The notes under the pieces are model-generated. The model saw only the letters and a program-made list of their open reading frames with translations. It made no database searches and was not told the DNA's origin. A program made the translations under genes and the position numbers. A DNA stretch of 64,000 bases. It comes from Malacoraja senta. Lineage: Eukaryota. Location of the stretch: contig CM075985.1 in the NCBI GenBank assembly GCA_038087875.1, positions 24,552,001 through 24,616,000 of the forward strand. The letters are read 5' to 3'. Of the stretch, positions 12,448 through 27,025 are shown in pieces. The stretch's first letter is position 1, and every line of letters starts with the position of its first letter.

Positions 12448-13339
12448 TGTGCTGGACCAACGGGCTGGGCTTGTTTCTGTGCTGCATGCCTATGGGTCTG
12501 AGCAACCATCTAGGATGGTGAATTGTTCAGGGTATAAAAGAAAGTATTTTACAATTCCATTCAATTTCAACTATCTAGGACGAATCAGCTTACAAGGGGT
12601 TGAAGGTTAGACTACATTTAAAAGAGTTGGGATGGCTATGTGGTGCAAAATATCCAATATTCTTCCTTTGACCTATTATTTTTTTCAACTCCAGGTGGAA
12701 ATAATCCGAGGAACTTAAGAGATGTTGTGCGATTTTAAAGAAATCCTGGAGCAACTCCAAACATGAGCCTCGATTGTTAAACCGAGCCTAAAAATGTTTG
12801 TAGAGCATGAAAATTACTTTACAGCTGCGTTGCAGATGGTTTCTTTCAATAAACATTTCCAGATTGAACAAACATGCTGCCAAACCACTAGTAGAACAAG
12901 CTACGACTAACATAATGAAACCAACAGAAAGAGGGCTGTGTATCAACCAAGATTTCGAAATTAAAAATGTTGGCTGGCTCATGTTTTGTTTAATCCAAGC
13001 AATTCCCAAAACAACCTTTAAATCATCTTCTCTTAGGAGCATACAGTACAAGAACAAATAGTACAATGGCCAGAAAAATTATCTCCATACAGTTTTTTTA
13101 TGTACAATATAGTGATTTTAGAATGAATCCATGGGTGTTTGGATTCTTCAGTTAATTACATTTTAGTTTCACGTTAATTGATGCCAAATGGTCCCAAACA
13201 TGTTCCTTCCTACTCATAGCAAACTTACTGACATTGGACCCACTCCATATTTTAGAAAAAAAAGTTCAAACAATTAATACACTATAATATCAGGAAAAAA
13301 CTTGTACAAGTCAACAACATCTCATTTGTACCTGTGAAA

Positions 13340-14720
13340 GACTGTGTTCAAGGAAAGGTGCACTGATAGGCTGGATCTTGCCAGTACTAAGAAGGTGGTG
13401 ATGTTAGATGTCTTGGAATGCACGAGTGGATAAAGCCCCAGGACCAGATGATGTCTACTCCAGTGTGCTATGAGAAGGGAGGACATGGCCCCCTTAGGTT
13501 AGCTCACGTTGTCCCTTTATTTAAGAAAGGCAGCAGGAATAAGACAGGTAGAGCCTTGTGTCAGCAGTTAGGAAATTATTCGAGAAAACTCGAAGGGATA
13601 GGTTTTATATACATCAGTGGTAGTCAGCAAAGCTTTGTGTGGGGAAACCACGCTTCACTAATTTTACTAAGAAGGCAGGACAGTAGATGTTGTCTATATG
13701 GACTTTAAGACATCTGGCAAGGTCTCACATGGTAAGCTACTCCAGTAGGTTAGGGTGCATGGCACCCAAGACCAACTGACTAATTACATCCAAATTAGGT
13801 TGAGCGATTGGAGACAGAGGATACTGGTGAAGAGATGTTTTTCTGATCGGAAGTCTAAAACGTATACTACAGAGATTGGTGCTGGGACCTTTTTATTTGT
13901 GAATACTAATGACTTAAATGTACACATAGGAGAAATGTATAGTAAGTTTAAGGATGAGAAAAAAAATGGTGTTGTCGATAGCAAGGAAGGTTGTCCATAT
14001 TACAGCATCATATAGATTAACTGAAAAGTTGGGCAGAACATTAAAGATGGAATTTAATCCTAATAAGTGCAAGGTGGTGCATTTTGGAATGGGGGGTACG
14101 ACATGCAGAGTAAATGGTAGGGCACTCGGGTGTATTGTTGAAAGGAAGGGACTTTGGGGTTTAAATCCATGGCTCCTAGAACGTGGTGATCCGGGTAGAT
14201 GGGAGATGAAGGCTGTATATAGGGCATGCTGTGTCAAGGGTCAGGCCACAGAATACGAGAATTGGGCCATCACGTTGCAACTTTATGGTTTGGCAACTCC
14301 TAGAATATTCTGTGCAGTTCTTGTCAACACCTCAGAGGGATGCAATTCATCAAGATGTTGTCAGGATTGGAGAAAGTTATGGGGCAAGATTGAATAGGCT
14401 AGGCACATTTCCCTGGTGTGAAGGAGGCTGAGGAGTGAACTGATAGAGGTAGATAGAAATACAAGAGGCGAGACAAATAAGGTAGCTAGACAAATATATT
14501 TTCCATTGTAGATGTATCAAAAACAAGACAAGAAGGAGGAGTTTTAGAGGTTTTGAAGGGATTGATATTCTGGAATGCACTACCAGAGATGATGCTGGAA
14601 TCAGATATAATCACTACATTCAACAGGCATTTAGACGGGTCCTGTAAAGCATAAGATACACCATATAGACCTATTGTGGCAAATGGGCAGAAGGGCCAAT
14701 TTCGTTACTGTTCAACTCAA
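13340..14720 (+). mobile_element. Old degenerate CR1 LINE (RT region to 3' end)
   Basis: Frameshifted remnants AHVVPLFKKG, MEFNPNKCKVVHFG, LEYSVQF. Confidence 0.82.
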
Positions 14721-14932
14721 AATCTAAAATAGAAACACTTCATTGATTATGGGGCTTTGGGAAATTTTGAAATGGATGCCCAAAGTCTATATTAATATCA
14801 TTCCAGTTTTCTCATTCTTTTCAGGTTTACGGCCAATGTTTCATTCAGTGATAACCCGTACTGTGTCACCTGCAGTTTTCTGCCTGCGTACATAGAACGG
14901 TGAGAAAGTTAGCATGAACTAAGCCTACTTAC

Positions 14933-15302
14933 TTGGCTTCTTCCAAAAGATCCTCAATATTGTCAAGTGGTTGTGTTGCAGGATTTGCAGCAAGCAGAGA
15001 TTGTATCTCATTAATCTTTTCCTGCACGGCGTTAACAGTTTCTTGGTAAGGACCAATAACTCCATTGGCTTTGACTGTATCAGCTTGCTCTACAAGTTGT
15101 CTGCTTTGAGTGGTCAGCTCGTCAATTATTTTATCCCAGAGATTGAAGCATGCATGGCATTGTTCACAATGAGGGAATGTTCCAAAGTAGCCTCGGGCAC
15201 ATCTATCACACCGTTCACCTGCAATTCCTTTTCGACAGACACAGCGTCCATTTGTCTGGTTACATTGCTGTGTCTCGATGCCAAGTTCGTTGCAGTCACA
15301 TT
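14933..15302 (-). CDS. lamb1: lamb1 exon ~25 (last LE repeat and start of coiled coil), 370 nt
   Basis: ttaag|(K)CDCNELGIETQQCNQTNGRCVC...FPHCEQCHACFNLWDKII...DLLEEA|gtaagt. Confidence 0.95.
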
Positions 15303-16554
15303 CTTAAAGTAAAACAAAATTGAACAAGCACATTCATTTCATGAAAAAACCCACAATCTTTTGATGCACTTTCCATATGGTAAAACTGAAGGAATTGGTC
15401 CAAACATCTGATGTACAAGAACAAAAGTTTTTTGTCCACACCGTCTCCTCCTGGCTCGAACATCTTTTACTGTTTGGCACCCACATTATTGCAACAGATC
15501 TCAAATCTTATAATATAAATAGTTCAGAGGTCCCTGCATAACTGGGAGTCAAGATGATAATTGTTCTCTAGGCAAATGAATTTTCTTTGAAGGCCTTGGA
15601 AGAGCAAGACTCCATACTTAGTTGGAAGGCCCCAGTACTGGCAAACTAGCAGCGCCAGTAACACAAGAACTATACGAGAGGAAGCCCAGCTTTCACGGAA
15701 GGTATGCCAATGCTAATCACATGATTGGAAGGCAAGTGGCACTAGGGATTAAAGTCAAACAACAAAGCAAATTTAAATTGAAAAGATCATTTACAGATTT
15801 AATTTAATCATGTCCCACCCAACCGCCCAAAGCGTTGATGTTCTAAAAGCAATGTGTATTATTGGCAGCATTATATCCACATATTGACTTCATTAGGGTG
15901 ATGCTTCTTCATTCAATGCCATGACATCTTGCTTCCCTTCTTCCAGTCCTGGCTGGATCAACTTCTGAGATGCACTCAGTCACAAGATTAAATGTATTTT
16001 CTTGTATCTTTCTGGCAAATATTGAGATTAGAGTTCTAATCTTATCTCCCATTTTCACAAGATACCCTTTGCATATTTCAACAACCATGCCAACATTCCA
16101 ACATTCTTTTTCCAAGAGTCAGATTTCCTTGACACAAACAGCAGCTATCATGCAGTTTGAATTTGTTTCTGTTCATAATACTGAATGGCCATTTCCACTC
16201 ATGCACAGGCAGGACACTCATCTACTCTCTGCCAGTAAGCAAATCCATTTTCTCCTAATATATCTGCCATCTTCGCCAACTCCATTGCTGTGGTGCATTC
16301 TCTGCTTTTTACAATGCATCTGAAGTTGAAAATTATTTCAACACTTCTGCATTTTGATTACGTAATCACATTGAGGTAAAAGACTGGGGCCATTATTGCA
16401 TAATTGTCAGATTTAGAATCACAAATAAAATGTTTGTGATGTCTGAACAAAGTAAAAGGTTTATCCAATAGAAATTTATAAAATTGTTTCTCTACAGAGG
16501 CAATGCTCTACTCTAAATTTAAGGTTGCAATACAATGGCAAAGATCTATACTTT

Positions 16555-16650
16555 GTCTGAAGAAGAGTCTTGACCCAAAACATCACCCACTCCTTCTCTC
16601 CAGAGATGCTGCCTGTCCCACTGAGTTACTCCAGCTTTTTGTGTCTATCT
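16555..16650 (+). mobile_element. Penelope-like tail with degenerate hammerhead, 10-bp TSD
   Basis: gtctgaagaagagtcttgacccaaaacatcacc...; tctatacttt at 16545-16554 and 16651-16660. Confidence 0.8.
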
Positions 16651-17385
16651 TCTATACTTTAAACTAACTTGTCCACTGTAGATTGAAATCTTTAGTGATT
16701 AGCTCATACCTGTAAGGCATTTAGTAAAAACTCAAACAAGCATCATCTCTCAAAATACAATGTGCTAATTATTTGTGATGGAAAGGATCATGGATTCTCG
16801 TGAATAACAAATAGAAATGTGAGTAACCACCAAGGCATTTGGCAAAGACATACATAAAACAAGTGTCAATCCCTCCATGGATGCAACAAGCTTCAATTTC
16901 AGCTTGTGTGCAAAGTTTCCAATGTTTCCAGTCCTAGCCACCCACCTGACTTGCACTCTGGGCTCAAACCCTGGACCCTACCATATGCATGACCTGACCC
17001 CCCTCAACCCAAATCACCCCAGCCCCCACATGTTCCCAAACTCAGTAAGTGAATCCACATGTGGTAAATGAACAGATGAGGATTGTGTGCATTGCAGAGT
17101 TATTATCCACTTTCAACTGCACATAAGCACATGCCTGATATAGTCCATCTTCTTTTAACTCTGCACACATCACAGGATCAAAAGGCATTGGATGCACCTC
17201 CCCAGCAGCCTGGTATAAGATCATCTTGCAATCAGGCATCTCCCACAGTTTTGTTCACTTTAGACACAACCAATGCCCAATCATTCAGGTTCAATCTTCA
17301 CCAGAACTTAACCTTATTTTAATTTATCCAACTCTTCCTTCACCTGTCTGTTGATGAACATGGAACAGGTAAAGGCTTGTAATGT

Positions 17386-17522
17386 GTAGGAAGGAACTGC
17401 AGATGCTGGTTTACACCAAAGATACACATAAAGCACTGGAGTAACTCAGTGGGACAGGCAGCATCTCCGTTTCTGAAGTCTGAAGGTCTTGACCCAAAAC
17501 GTCACCCATCCCTTCTTTCCAG
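17386..17522. mobile_element. Penelope-like tail, truncated inverted pair, 15-bp TSD
   Basis: aaaggcttgtaatgt at 17371-17385 and 17523-17537. Confidence 0.8.
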
Positions 17523-18143
17523 AAAGGCTTGTAATGTTTGCTTTTGCATCCGATTTGATGTGTTTGATATGAACAGGTACTGAGAATTTTAATACTCAAG
17601 TACTATGGAACCTTTCTGTATACTTTCCTAATAGTATGCCTAAGTACAAGTTTGAAACATTCATGCTAAATGCAGTATAGCTTCAATTTTCATCGAGATT
17701 GTTTACCTAATATTAGTCTTAATATAAACAATCACAACCATTGGTAGTTCTCTTTGCCCACTGTGACTCACTAAACTTCCGGTCTAAGTCTTCTTCTTCA
17801 TCTTCTTCTTCGTGTCCATCTTGTTACAAATGTTGAGCTCGCTGTCATCGTCTGTCCTGAAAAGGACACACGCTTCCGGCGACAATCAGTGGAAGCCATC
17901 ACTTGTCGTAATAGATGACGGTGGTACAAAACGTCATAAATATCTTTTGAAATTTGTTATATTCTTCGTCTATTAATTTGGCCGCACTTTTTGTTATCAA
18001 CGCTTGCCCATAATTGATTGATCTCCTGCCCCACAATACTCAAGATTATGTATTGACCAGTGGACCCTGATTTAGTCTTGAAGTCAATCTATTTTCTGCA
18101 ATCGTAATTCTCCTTTGTTCTAATGAACCAAACAGTACAGAAT

Positions 18144-18268
18144 TCCTGAAGGGTCCCAACCAAAAATGTCACCTATCCATTTTCTCTAGAGATGATGCCT
18201 GACCCACTGAGTTACTCCAGCACTTTGTCTTTGTTTTTGTTAAGCCAGCATCTGTAGTTTCCTTGCTC
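18144..18268 (+). mobile_element. Penelope-like tail, degenerate
   Basis: ctgaagggtcccaaccaaaaatgtcacc...gagttactccagcac...ccagcatctgtag. Confidence 0.7.
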
Positions 18269-18881
18269 TGAAGACTTTCCTCTGAAAAAATTAGTTACAA
18301 TTCCTAGAATAACTACAGCAGCTTTGGATTTGTTTGCCAAGGATACATGCCCTTTTCCTGAAAGCAAAAACATTTTGCCGATGTAACTTAACATGATAGC
18401 TTCTTCATAACAGCAACAGCATAAAAGCAATTCCTACCCATTTGCTTCAGATTGCTCTTAAATGCAAGTCTGTGCACTTCTCTATGAATATAAACTGTCT
18501 GGCACCATTTCCTGCCATCTCCAGATAGTTGTAATTTTTCCAAACATAGATCAAAAGTGAGAACAGCTACTTTTGATTAAAGCAAGAACTGGTCATAACA
18601 ATGTTGTAACTGGACTTTCAATATAATATAGAAAATCTCACCAATTTCTGATTCCTAATCCTAAATTTCGAGGTCTCTACAATTTAAAGTTTAGACTGTG
18701 ACAACCTTTGAACTAAAGCACTAGACATTTTTCTGTGGCAATAACCATGTTGAGACAACATTTTTCAGAAACCATTCAATTAAAGTCTCGTTTTTGCACT
18801 CCCATATAACAATATTCTGTGCAGGCAGGCTCACAATTTCTATCAACTTTCACTGTTATTTGATCTAAAAAACACAACATT

Positions 18882-19680
18882 TGAATGAATGAATGAATGA
18901 ATGAATGAAAACTTTATTGTCATTCAGATATACACCTATACACAGTGCACCTAGAACGAAATTTCGTTGCATTTGACTCTCCAGTTTTTTTTTTTTTAGA
19001 AGTGTCGATATTTAAAAAGTTCTAGCCTCGGTTTAATTGATTGTTCAATAATCTTATGGCCTGGGGGATGAAGCTGTTGCAGAACCTGGTTGTCCCGCTC
19101 TTCATGCTGCGGTACCTCCTCCCAGAGTTAAGCAGTATAAACAGTCCAAATTGTGGGTGTGTGGGGGCTTTGGTAATGCCCTTAGCTCTACTCAGACAGC
19201 GCTTGTACCCCATGTCCATGATGGAAGGAAGAGAAGTCCCAATGATTTTTTCCGCTGTCCTCACCACTCTCTGAAGGCACTTCCAGTCTGCAGCTGTACA
19301 GCTGCCGCACCACGTAGAGATACAGCCGGTCATGACCGACTCAATTGTGCTTCTGTAGAAAGTGGCGAGGATGGGAGGGTGGAGGTGTAAACTTCTCAAC
19401 CTGCGGAGGAAGTACAACCGCTGATGTGCCCGTTTTGCCAGAGATGTAATGTTTGTGGACCAGTTTAAGGTGTCCGTTATATGCACCCCCAGGAACTTGA
19501 TGCTTTTCACCTGCTCCACTGCTGAGTTGTTGATGCAAATTGGAGTGTGACTGGGCTGAATTTTCCTTCTGAAATCGACTACAATCTCCTTGGTTTTGTT
19601 GCCATTTAGGAGAAGGTTGTTCCTGCTGCACCAGCTCACCAGCTGTTCCACCTCCTCTCTATATGCCTGGTCGTCATTTC
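18882..19680 (-). mobile_element. Young 5'-truncated Rex1/Babar-like LINE with (ATTC)n tail
   Basis: Uninterrupted 209-aa ORF (WCSRNNLLLN..KTKEIVVDFRR, KFLGVHIT, AHQRLYFLRRL, SGRRYRS, NSFIPQAIRLLN); (gaat)n at 18882-18908. Confidence 0.92.
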
Positions 19681-19699
19681 CACACCTTCTAATGAGAAA

Positions 19700-20130
19700 G
19701 TCTCATGGACCGACAACATACACCAATGTGTACATGATTCCAAGTTAAACTAATCTCCTCTGCCTGCACATGATCAATATCCCTCCATATCCCTGTGCCC
19801 ATCTAAAAGCCTCTTGAACATCAGTATAACATTTGCTTCCAGCACATTCTGAGCACCCACCACAGTGTAAAAAAAACTTGCTCTGTACATCTTGAAACTT
19901 TCACCCTCTGACCTTAAAGCTATGCCCCCTGGTCTTAGGCATTTCCACCCTGTCTACCCCATGTATATCTCCCAATTTTACATATTTCTGTCAGGTCTCC
20001 CCTCAACCTCCAACACAAAACAATCCAAGTTTGACATCCGCTCCTTATAGCCAATACCCTCAAATCCAGCCAGATTTCTGGTAAATATTTTCTGCATACT
20101 CTCCAAAACCGCCACTCTTCTTGTAATTTG
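19700..20130 (-). mobile_element. Degenerate CR1 3' fragment
   Basis: WRLRGDLTEICKI remnant and CR1-type 3' UTR. Confidence 0.75.
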
Positions 20131-20964
20131 TACATTTGAGACTCAAAATGGCATGAAAAATGCTCATCTTTTTTATTCTGAATTCCTTAGACCATACTGT
20201 GAGAATTGAGTGTTTCAACATTTATGCAATGGCTCAACAATCTGCAAAAACCTGGACTTTGTAAACAGCAAACGAATTGCATTCACTAGTAAACTATGAA
20301 CGCTGGCATCAAAATGCTTCAGATCTTGTTTTCCTAATAAAAAACAACTAGTGCTAATTATAAGTACACTGGCATCCATTAACAATGATTAAAACGGACA
20401 GACTCACCATTAAAACAGAATAATCTTCAGACAGCAATCCAGAAAGTTAAGAGTATAAATTACAATTGACTACTTCATTTTACTGAAATCAGATTTTTTT
20501 TTAAAGAAATACATGGAATTTCAATTGGATTACACAGCTCAACTCTGAATGTTCATATTTCTTCCCTTTGAACCATTGCATTTTGTACAATAACAGTTAC
20601 TGCCTTAATACTGATACATCCACCAATAATTCTACCACTATGAACAAGAATATATTATCTCTCCTACTGGACTTTCCCTGTGGGTCAGAAATGACTTGTT
20701 TCCATTCAGTTCTTTTGTCTACCCGCCTCTAGCCACGCCAACCCCCCACAAAAATCCTCAGCCAAACTGCAAATATTTACACCAATTCAATAATTTGCTT
20801 GAATTTCCTATAAGGCTATTATATTGTATTTGAAATAAATGCATCATTATTTCTGAAACTTGGTATGAAATATTCCATAACCGCTTGAAAAAAAAGAACA
20901 CTTTCTGGGCAGTGCATGGGGTTTTGCAAGATGAAGGGATGAAAGAAAAAGCAAAAGAACCAAA

Positions 20965-21083
20965 TACATAGGAAGGAACTGCAGATGCTGGTTCAAACCA
21001 AAGATGGACACAAAATGCTGGAGTAACTCAGTGGGACAGACAGCATCTCTGGATAGAAGGAATGGGTGACGTTTTGGGTCGAG
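20965..21083 (-). mobile_element. Penelope-like tail fragment
   Basis: ggaaggaactgcagatgctgg...gaatgggtgacgttttgggtcgag. Confidence 0.78.
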
Positions 21084-21999
21084 CAAAATAATCAAGTTAT
21101 GTTTCCCCGAATTATGAATTACTGCTGACCAGCAAGATAGTTGTATAAAGGAAGTAGTATGGCTGTTTGGAAAAAGTCCTCAAATCTAATTTAAAAATAT
21201 GTTTGATGTGAATCAGTCAGTTGATCTAGAAATGAGCTGCAGTGGATGCAACTAAAACAGGAAATTACTGACCTCAAAAGACAGATGTTTTAACAATGGA
21301 AAGCAATCCGATAAACAAAGGAAGAATTTACAGTCTGGAAGTTCACACAGTTAACCAAGTTTACACAGATCATTACCATCATGTTGTGACATTATGTTTG
21401 ATAGAACAGACCCTCGGAGTTCAACAGATCAAAGGTAGCTGCAGGATATCACATCTGACTGTGACAGGCCATCAATTTAACAAACTTTATGAATGGATGC
21501 TACGATATGAAGTGGAACCTGGAAATTACATAGTACATTAACTACCAGTTATCACACTTGCTCACCTCTTGAGAATGAGTTGCAATCAATGATGCTTTAG
21601 CAAAACTGACTGGTGCTCCAAAGTAGGCAATACATATAATGTCAAAATATTAAAGAGGTGATAAAAACTAAAAATATAGTTTAATTATAAAATATTAAGC
21701 AACATTATTTCCAAAATATAGCCAACATTAATTATACATTGAAAGTTTTTTTGCTAGTTAAACATTAATTGATAGAGTTAAACTACAGTTGCTTATTAAC
21801 TTCTACAACAGATACTGACGATAGTTTACTTTCAAAATTGTGACATGTTTGAGTGCAAACTTCAAGGTAGTTTGAAAGCCAGATAGTGAATGTTTGGCCA
21901 TAAAATAATTTTTCATCGGTAATGGCATTCAGAGATATATTACAATATATGGTTTGAGAAAGTAAATGTTTTGTTTACCCAAAGACTTTAACTTGTAAA

Positions 22000-22450
22000 C
22001 CTCAGTGAGCCAAAGAAATAAATAACCCAGTCAAGAAATTACTCATTCTTCAGCAACATCGTCATGCATCTCCTCTTTCAGTGATCCTTCCAGTGATGTG
22101 ATCAAAACCATGCACCCGGAACTATTCATATGGTTTAAATTTTACAGTTTCAGCATTATCTGCTTACTCTCATATTCCATGCCAGAATCTATATATGCAT
22201 GTGTCTCATTATGAATTTTAAGTTTATCTGTCAATCAACACCGGTTTTGCTATCTTCAGGAGTCTATGAACCTGCACTTTTTGAGAGTTCTGGTCCTCTA
22301 CATGTTCAGCACCCTCATATTTTATCATGCATTCCTTTACCTTGTTTGTCATTCCCCAAAATGCAATAACTCATTTCTCCAAATTGAATTTCATTTACCA
22401 CTTTCAAATCCACCTAACAACTCCCCTGAAATCTAAAGTACACAGTGTTG
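22000..22450 (-). mobile_element. Very old CR1-like fragment
   Basis: Reverse-strand remnants such as aaatgcaataactcatttctccaaattgaatttcat (KFN..KC..LHFG-like). Confidence 0.5.
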
Positions 22451-23199
22451 CTCCCGTAATTATAATTTCTAAAACAGTACTGTCATAAACCAGAAATGCG
22501 AGATGGCGTTAGGCCCCATGTCAGTATAAAATGGTAGCAGAATCTTTAATTTTCAATTGAATATTTCACTTTTCCAGCGATTGAAACGTAAATATGCACG
22601 GTTGTCCATAAGTGGGGGGGGTTATTAAGCAGTTCAGTTCCCTGCTCAAAAGTCACAAGATTCAACAAATTTGAGACCAAATACTGCAGCCATTAGTTGC
22701 ACATGATGATTGCATGATTCTGCAGTGTAACACAGTCCAGCTGTGCTTCTGTCACGGATAAAAGACATCTCCAGCTTAAAAGTACAGTTTGCCCATTAAT
22801 CCACTCCACATTCATTGCGTACAAGAGCAATTTTCACTTTTGTCAATGATTACATGAATTTAACAACCCATGAACCATCACCTTTCTCTTTAAGAGTTAT
22901 TGTTCAATTCCATTTCTCGATTTAGAAGTGCTATAGTGCATCTGAGGCAGTCTCTTGGGATTAAGGACAATCTACTACCCCTCTGATTTTGTAGCTTCCG
23001 AGTTGGCTATCGAGACCAATGTGGCTACTGCAGATACTTCCAGAGATGAAGCAGGTGAGTGGGTGGTTTGAGAGTTGCTGCCAACATAGGCAGGGCTTGT
23101 GTGTGTTTGACACATGGACTCGGGGTTCTAAATATTATGCTCTCCACTTTGTGTGGCCAATTCTAAGATCAGTGTGGATACTGCATTTTTCAAAGAGCC

Positions 23200-24165
23200 A
23201 AATACATCTCTCTCTCTCTCTCTCTATACCCATGACTACTGCCAGACACAGCTCGAAGCCAAATTTTAAATTTACAGACAATACCAACATAGTTGTAGGA
23301 ATAATGGGTAATGATTAGGCAGAATACAGGAGGAGCATTTATAATCTTATTCAATTATGCTCCCGACATTAGCAGAACAAAGGAGATAATTATTCACTTC
23401 GGGAGAGGAAAACTGAGGATCCATGAACCAGTCTTCATCAAGGGGACGATGGTGGAGAGTCAACAGCTTCAAGTTCCTGGGTGTACATACCTCTGAAGAT
23501 CTGTCCTGGGCATAGCACATTGATGAATTGATAAATAAATCTCATCAATGACTCCATTTCCATAGAAGATTGAGGAGATTTGGTACGTTAAGGAACATTG
23601 AACTTTGACAGATCTACAAAATATTGACTGGTTGCATTATTGCCTGGTTTGGGAACTTGAATGCCCAGAAATGAAGGCGGCTTTAGAAAATGGTAGATAT
23701 TGTCTAATCCATCATGGGCACTGATCTCCCCACCATCAAAGCCACCTCAAAGACTACAAAAGCAGACAGGTGACGTTGCCACAATAAGGCAACTATAAGG
23801 AAAGACCCGTATCACCCTGGCCATGCTCTCATCTTGCCAATAACACCAAGAAAAAGATTCAGAAGCCTGAAGACTATAATCTCCAGTTTCAAAAACAGCT
23901 TATTTCCAACAAACATCTGGCTCTTGAACATCGACAACAATAACCACAATCAGCAACTATGATCTACTATAGACTTTGTTTTGGTTGCATTGCAGACTTT
24001 CATTTTGCACTATTATAGGCCAATTACCTAGCAGTACTGATTGTTAATTCATTATAGATATTTGAATATTTGTGTGTTTTCACATTAATGAAACTCTAAA
24101 GCCGCAGCAAGTCAGAATTTCATTGTTCTATTACCGGTACTTAAGTCAATCAAATATTATTCTTG
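23200..24165 (+). mobile_element. Degenerate Rex1/Babar-like LINE 3' portion
   Basis: KFTDNTNIVVG, RTKEIIIHF, FKFLGV-like remnants; 3' UTR gcagcaagtcagaatttcattgttc. Confidence 0.8.
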
Positions 24166-24299
24166 ACATCCTTAAATCTTTTCAGCTATCTGCTTGGTAA
24201 TTTATTTCCAAAGCAGAGCATGGTATTAGTTTGGGACTCTCATGCTAGGCATGTGAATGAGATAGCTGTCCAAAGTACTCAAGTGTAATGAAAGCTTCT

Positions 24300-24560
24300 G
24301 TGTTGGGGATCTAAAATGAGAATGTTGGAAAAACCTAGGTGGTCTGGCTGCAGCTGTGGGAAGAGAAATGGATAAGCATTTCAGATTTTGAGACCCTTTG
24401 TCAGAACTCACGAGGATTCTATGACCTGTAATATTGACTTTCTGTCTCTTCCCACAGATACAGACCAGCCTGTTCTTATCTCAGTTTTTTATTTATTTTT
24501 ATTTTTTTGTCTTAGATTTCTAGCATCTGCAATATTTTGATTTTCAGTGCTGGTTCTTGA
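24300..24560. mobile_element. Older Penelope-like tail inverted pair
   Basis: gaccctttgtcagaact followed by gacctgtaatattgact..cccacagat..tagcatctgca. Confidence 0.55.
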
Positions 24561-26739
24561 CATTGGAAAGGAGAACGATGCTGGTTTGTCCATTCCTCAA
24601 ATTTATAAACTGCATTGGTGCCCACTCTATGTAGCCCAGCTCTCACAAAAAAAAATTGCAGGAATCTCCACTGACTGGTACACCACAAATGTTTCCCCAG
24701 GTCCAAGATCTTGATGTTCAAATCCAGCTTTCTTTAAGTAATCAAAGCTTAGCTGACACTTGGAGTTGCCAGTAAATTTCATTTCCAAGATTATCAGAAC
24801 CTTTATTGGTGAGCAACAAAAGGTCATGGGCACTGGTTGTTGCTTCATTTTTCTTGGAGATGGTATGTGGTGAAGATCATGCCCACTGTTTCACTGGATG
24901 GACGTAATATTTACATGGGGAAGAGATAATTGTGGATGACCTATACTTGGCACCATTTGAAGGTGAATAGCAGGCAGCAGAGACCACCACTTCCTTGTTC
25001 TCGTTTTGTCGTTACCAGTCTTCCTTCTTGGAAATTATTATGATCCCAGCAACTGAGCTCCAGGCATATCATCCTCCTCCAATGTGGAAAATTAGATTGT
25101 GGTCTTGTGTATGAAGCTCTTCATTTCTGCTTCAGTGTAGCAACTGATGGAATTAACCATTTGGTATATTTGCTGATATGAATGATATGAACTCATTCAC
25201 AAAAAATTATTGCATTTCAATAAAACATATCAATTTACTGCAAATTCATTTTCTCCAATATCATTGACTTACATTTCCATTCTATGTTAAACAAGGCAGC
25301 ATCATTGCCCCGATACATTCCACAAACTTTCCAAATTAGCATCATGGTTAAGTTATACAGTGTGTACATTATACATGGACTTAATACTTCTTATGTCTTG
25401 AAACAGAATCTCACTTTGCGAATTTCAACAGGAAATCCCCCAACAACTTTAGTCCAAGCAGTGGACTGAAAAAAGAGTTAATTTTAAAGCCTTATTAAAG
25501 TTGAACATCGAGTTCTACAACTAATTCTCTACAAATCAAGTTAGCAATTCATGCTATTTTTTAAATTAAACTTTATGAACTATGAATTATGCACCATCCC
25601 AACTTCATGTAGTTTGATTGCACGTGATAAAATGTACTATTCAGAAAGACACTAATGGTTAGTTGATGGTATAAAAAAGTTACAAAATTTATTCTGCAGC
25701 ACATAATGTTAATTAATTTATTGGTGGCAAAGGAAACCCACATATTAATATAGTTTAAAATTCATACATTTGAAAAAAAGGAATGCAAATTATAAACAGG
25801 AAGTGTCTATGTGTGCAGTCAATTCATAATCTGGATCTTAATGTCTCATTTCCTTTGCCAAAGGACCTCCCCTGCAGTACAATGTCATTATATATTGTTA
25901 ATGCTCTGGCCACTGTGCTGACTCTGCTGGGGATCACCATAAAACCCAACGGTCCCAATGTATACTTTCCAGCAGGAAATTGCAGAACAGCGATTAGCAA
26001 TAGGAATGCAGGCAGATGTTTATCAAGCTTAAACATCTCAAGTTAAACTATGCATCCCACTCAGTGGATTTCAACTTTGGCAACAGCATATATTCAGTAT
26101 CATTTGTTCCATGGTATGACCCCCATGAACCTGCACAGATGGGATGCAGTTACCAGTTTCCGTCCACATATTTTAACCATTTGTGATCAAATTATCTCTC
26201 GACTGTCCTCCAGGATCAAGGACAGTCCATTTCACCAGTTCAATGGGTTCCCGGGTGATTGATAAGACCAACATGGGACTGGAAACTGCCTTCAATGAGG
26301 TAGGTTATCTATAATAGAGTAGATAGTTTATCGAAGGTGGTACACCACTTCTTCAGCCTTTATGATGCATGATTCAAATTAATGAACATCAATGTCATCC
26401 CAAACATTCCCCCTCCATGGGCCAGAGATTCTCACGTCAGTGAGGATATTATATTTGTTCAAGGCTTTGAGAACATCCTGTCCACCTGGTAATCTGTGTT
26501 TTGGGAATCTGGCATGGACATGATATGGTCTGTTCACTGGAGCCATCTGTATGAAACAATATTTTGATTATTCTTCCAGTGCACAACAGCAGTGGAAGTA
26601 TCGCTCTTGTGATTTGAGAGGCACTTGCTGTATGTAGTCCATGATTCAGAAGTGTTCAGGAAGATTTCATTTTGTTCCATGGGTTTTGTGCTGAAGCCTT
26701 TACTCCCTGGGTTAATTTATTAGTGTCAGTGTATTTAAA

Positions 26740-27025
26740 TAGAAGCATACAATGATGAAACAGTCCCTTTTGCCTATCAAGTTAACACACCCTCAATCAC
26801 CCATTTTACAATAATCCTACTTTAATTGCTTCTATAAATTTATCTTTTCCACATTCTCTTCAGGTCCTTTCAGATTCTACCACTCAAACTTGTGGCAATT
26901 TACTGGCCAATTAATCTACCAACCAATCTTTGGGATTTAAGGAAACCAAAGCACCTGGAGGAAACCAACACTGTCACAGGGAGAATTTATAAACTACACA
27001 CAAACAGACTCCTCTCAAGCCCAGA
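26740..27025 (-). mobile_element. Degenerate V-SINE
   Basis: ggaaaccaaagcacctggaggaaaccaacac..cacagggagaatttataaactacacacaaacag. Confidence 0.7.

Noticed and set aside
14971-15317. ORF-track entries over exon ~25 and similar antisense or alternate-frame ORFs (6281, 12101, 34662, 36772, 42072)
   Set aside because: These are shadows of lamb1 exons in other frames, with no independent support.
15909-17322. Nested protein-coding gene in the large intron
   Set aside because: Short ORFs with no recognisable domain or convincing splice chain; kept only as unassigned sequence.
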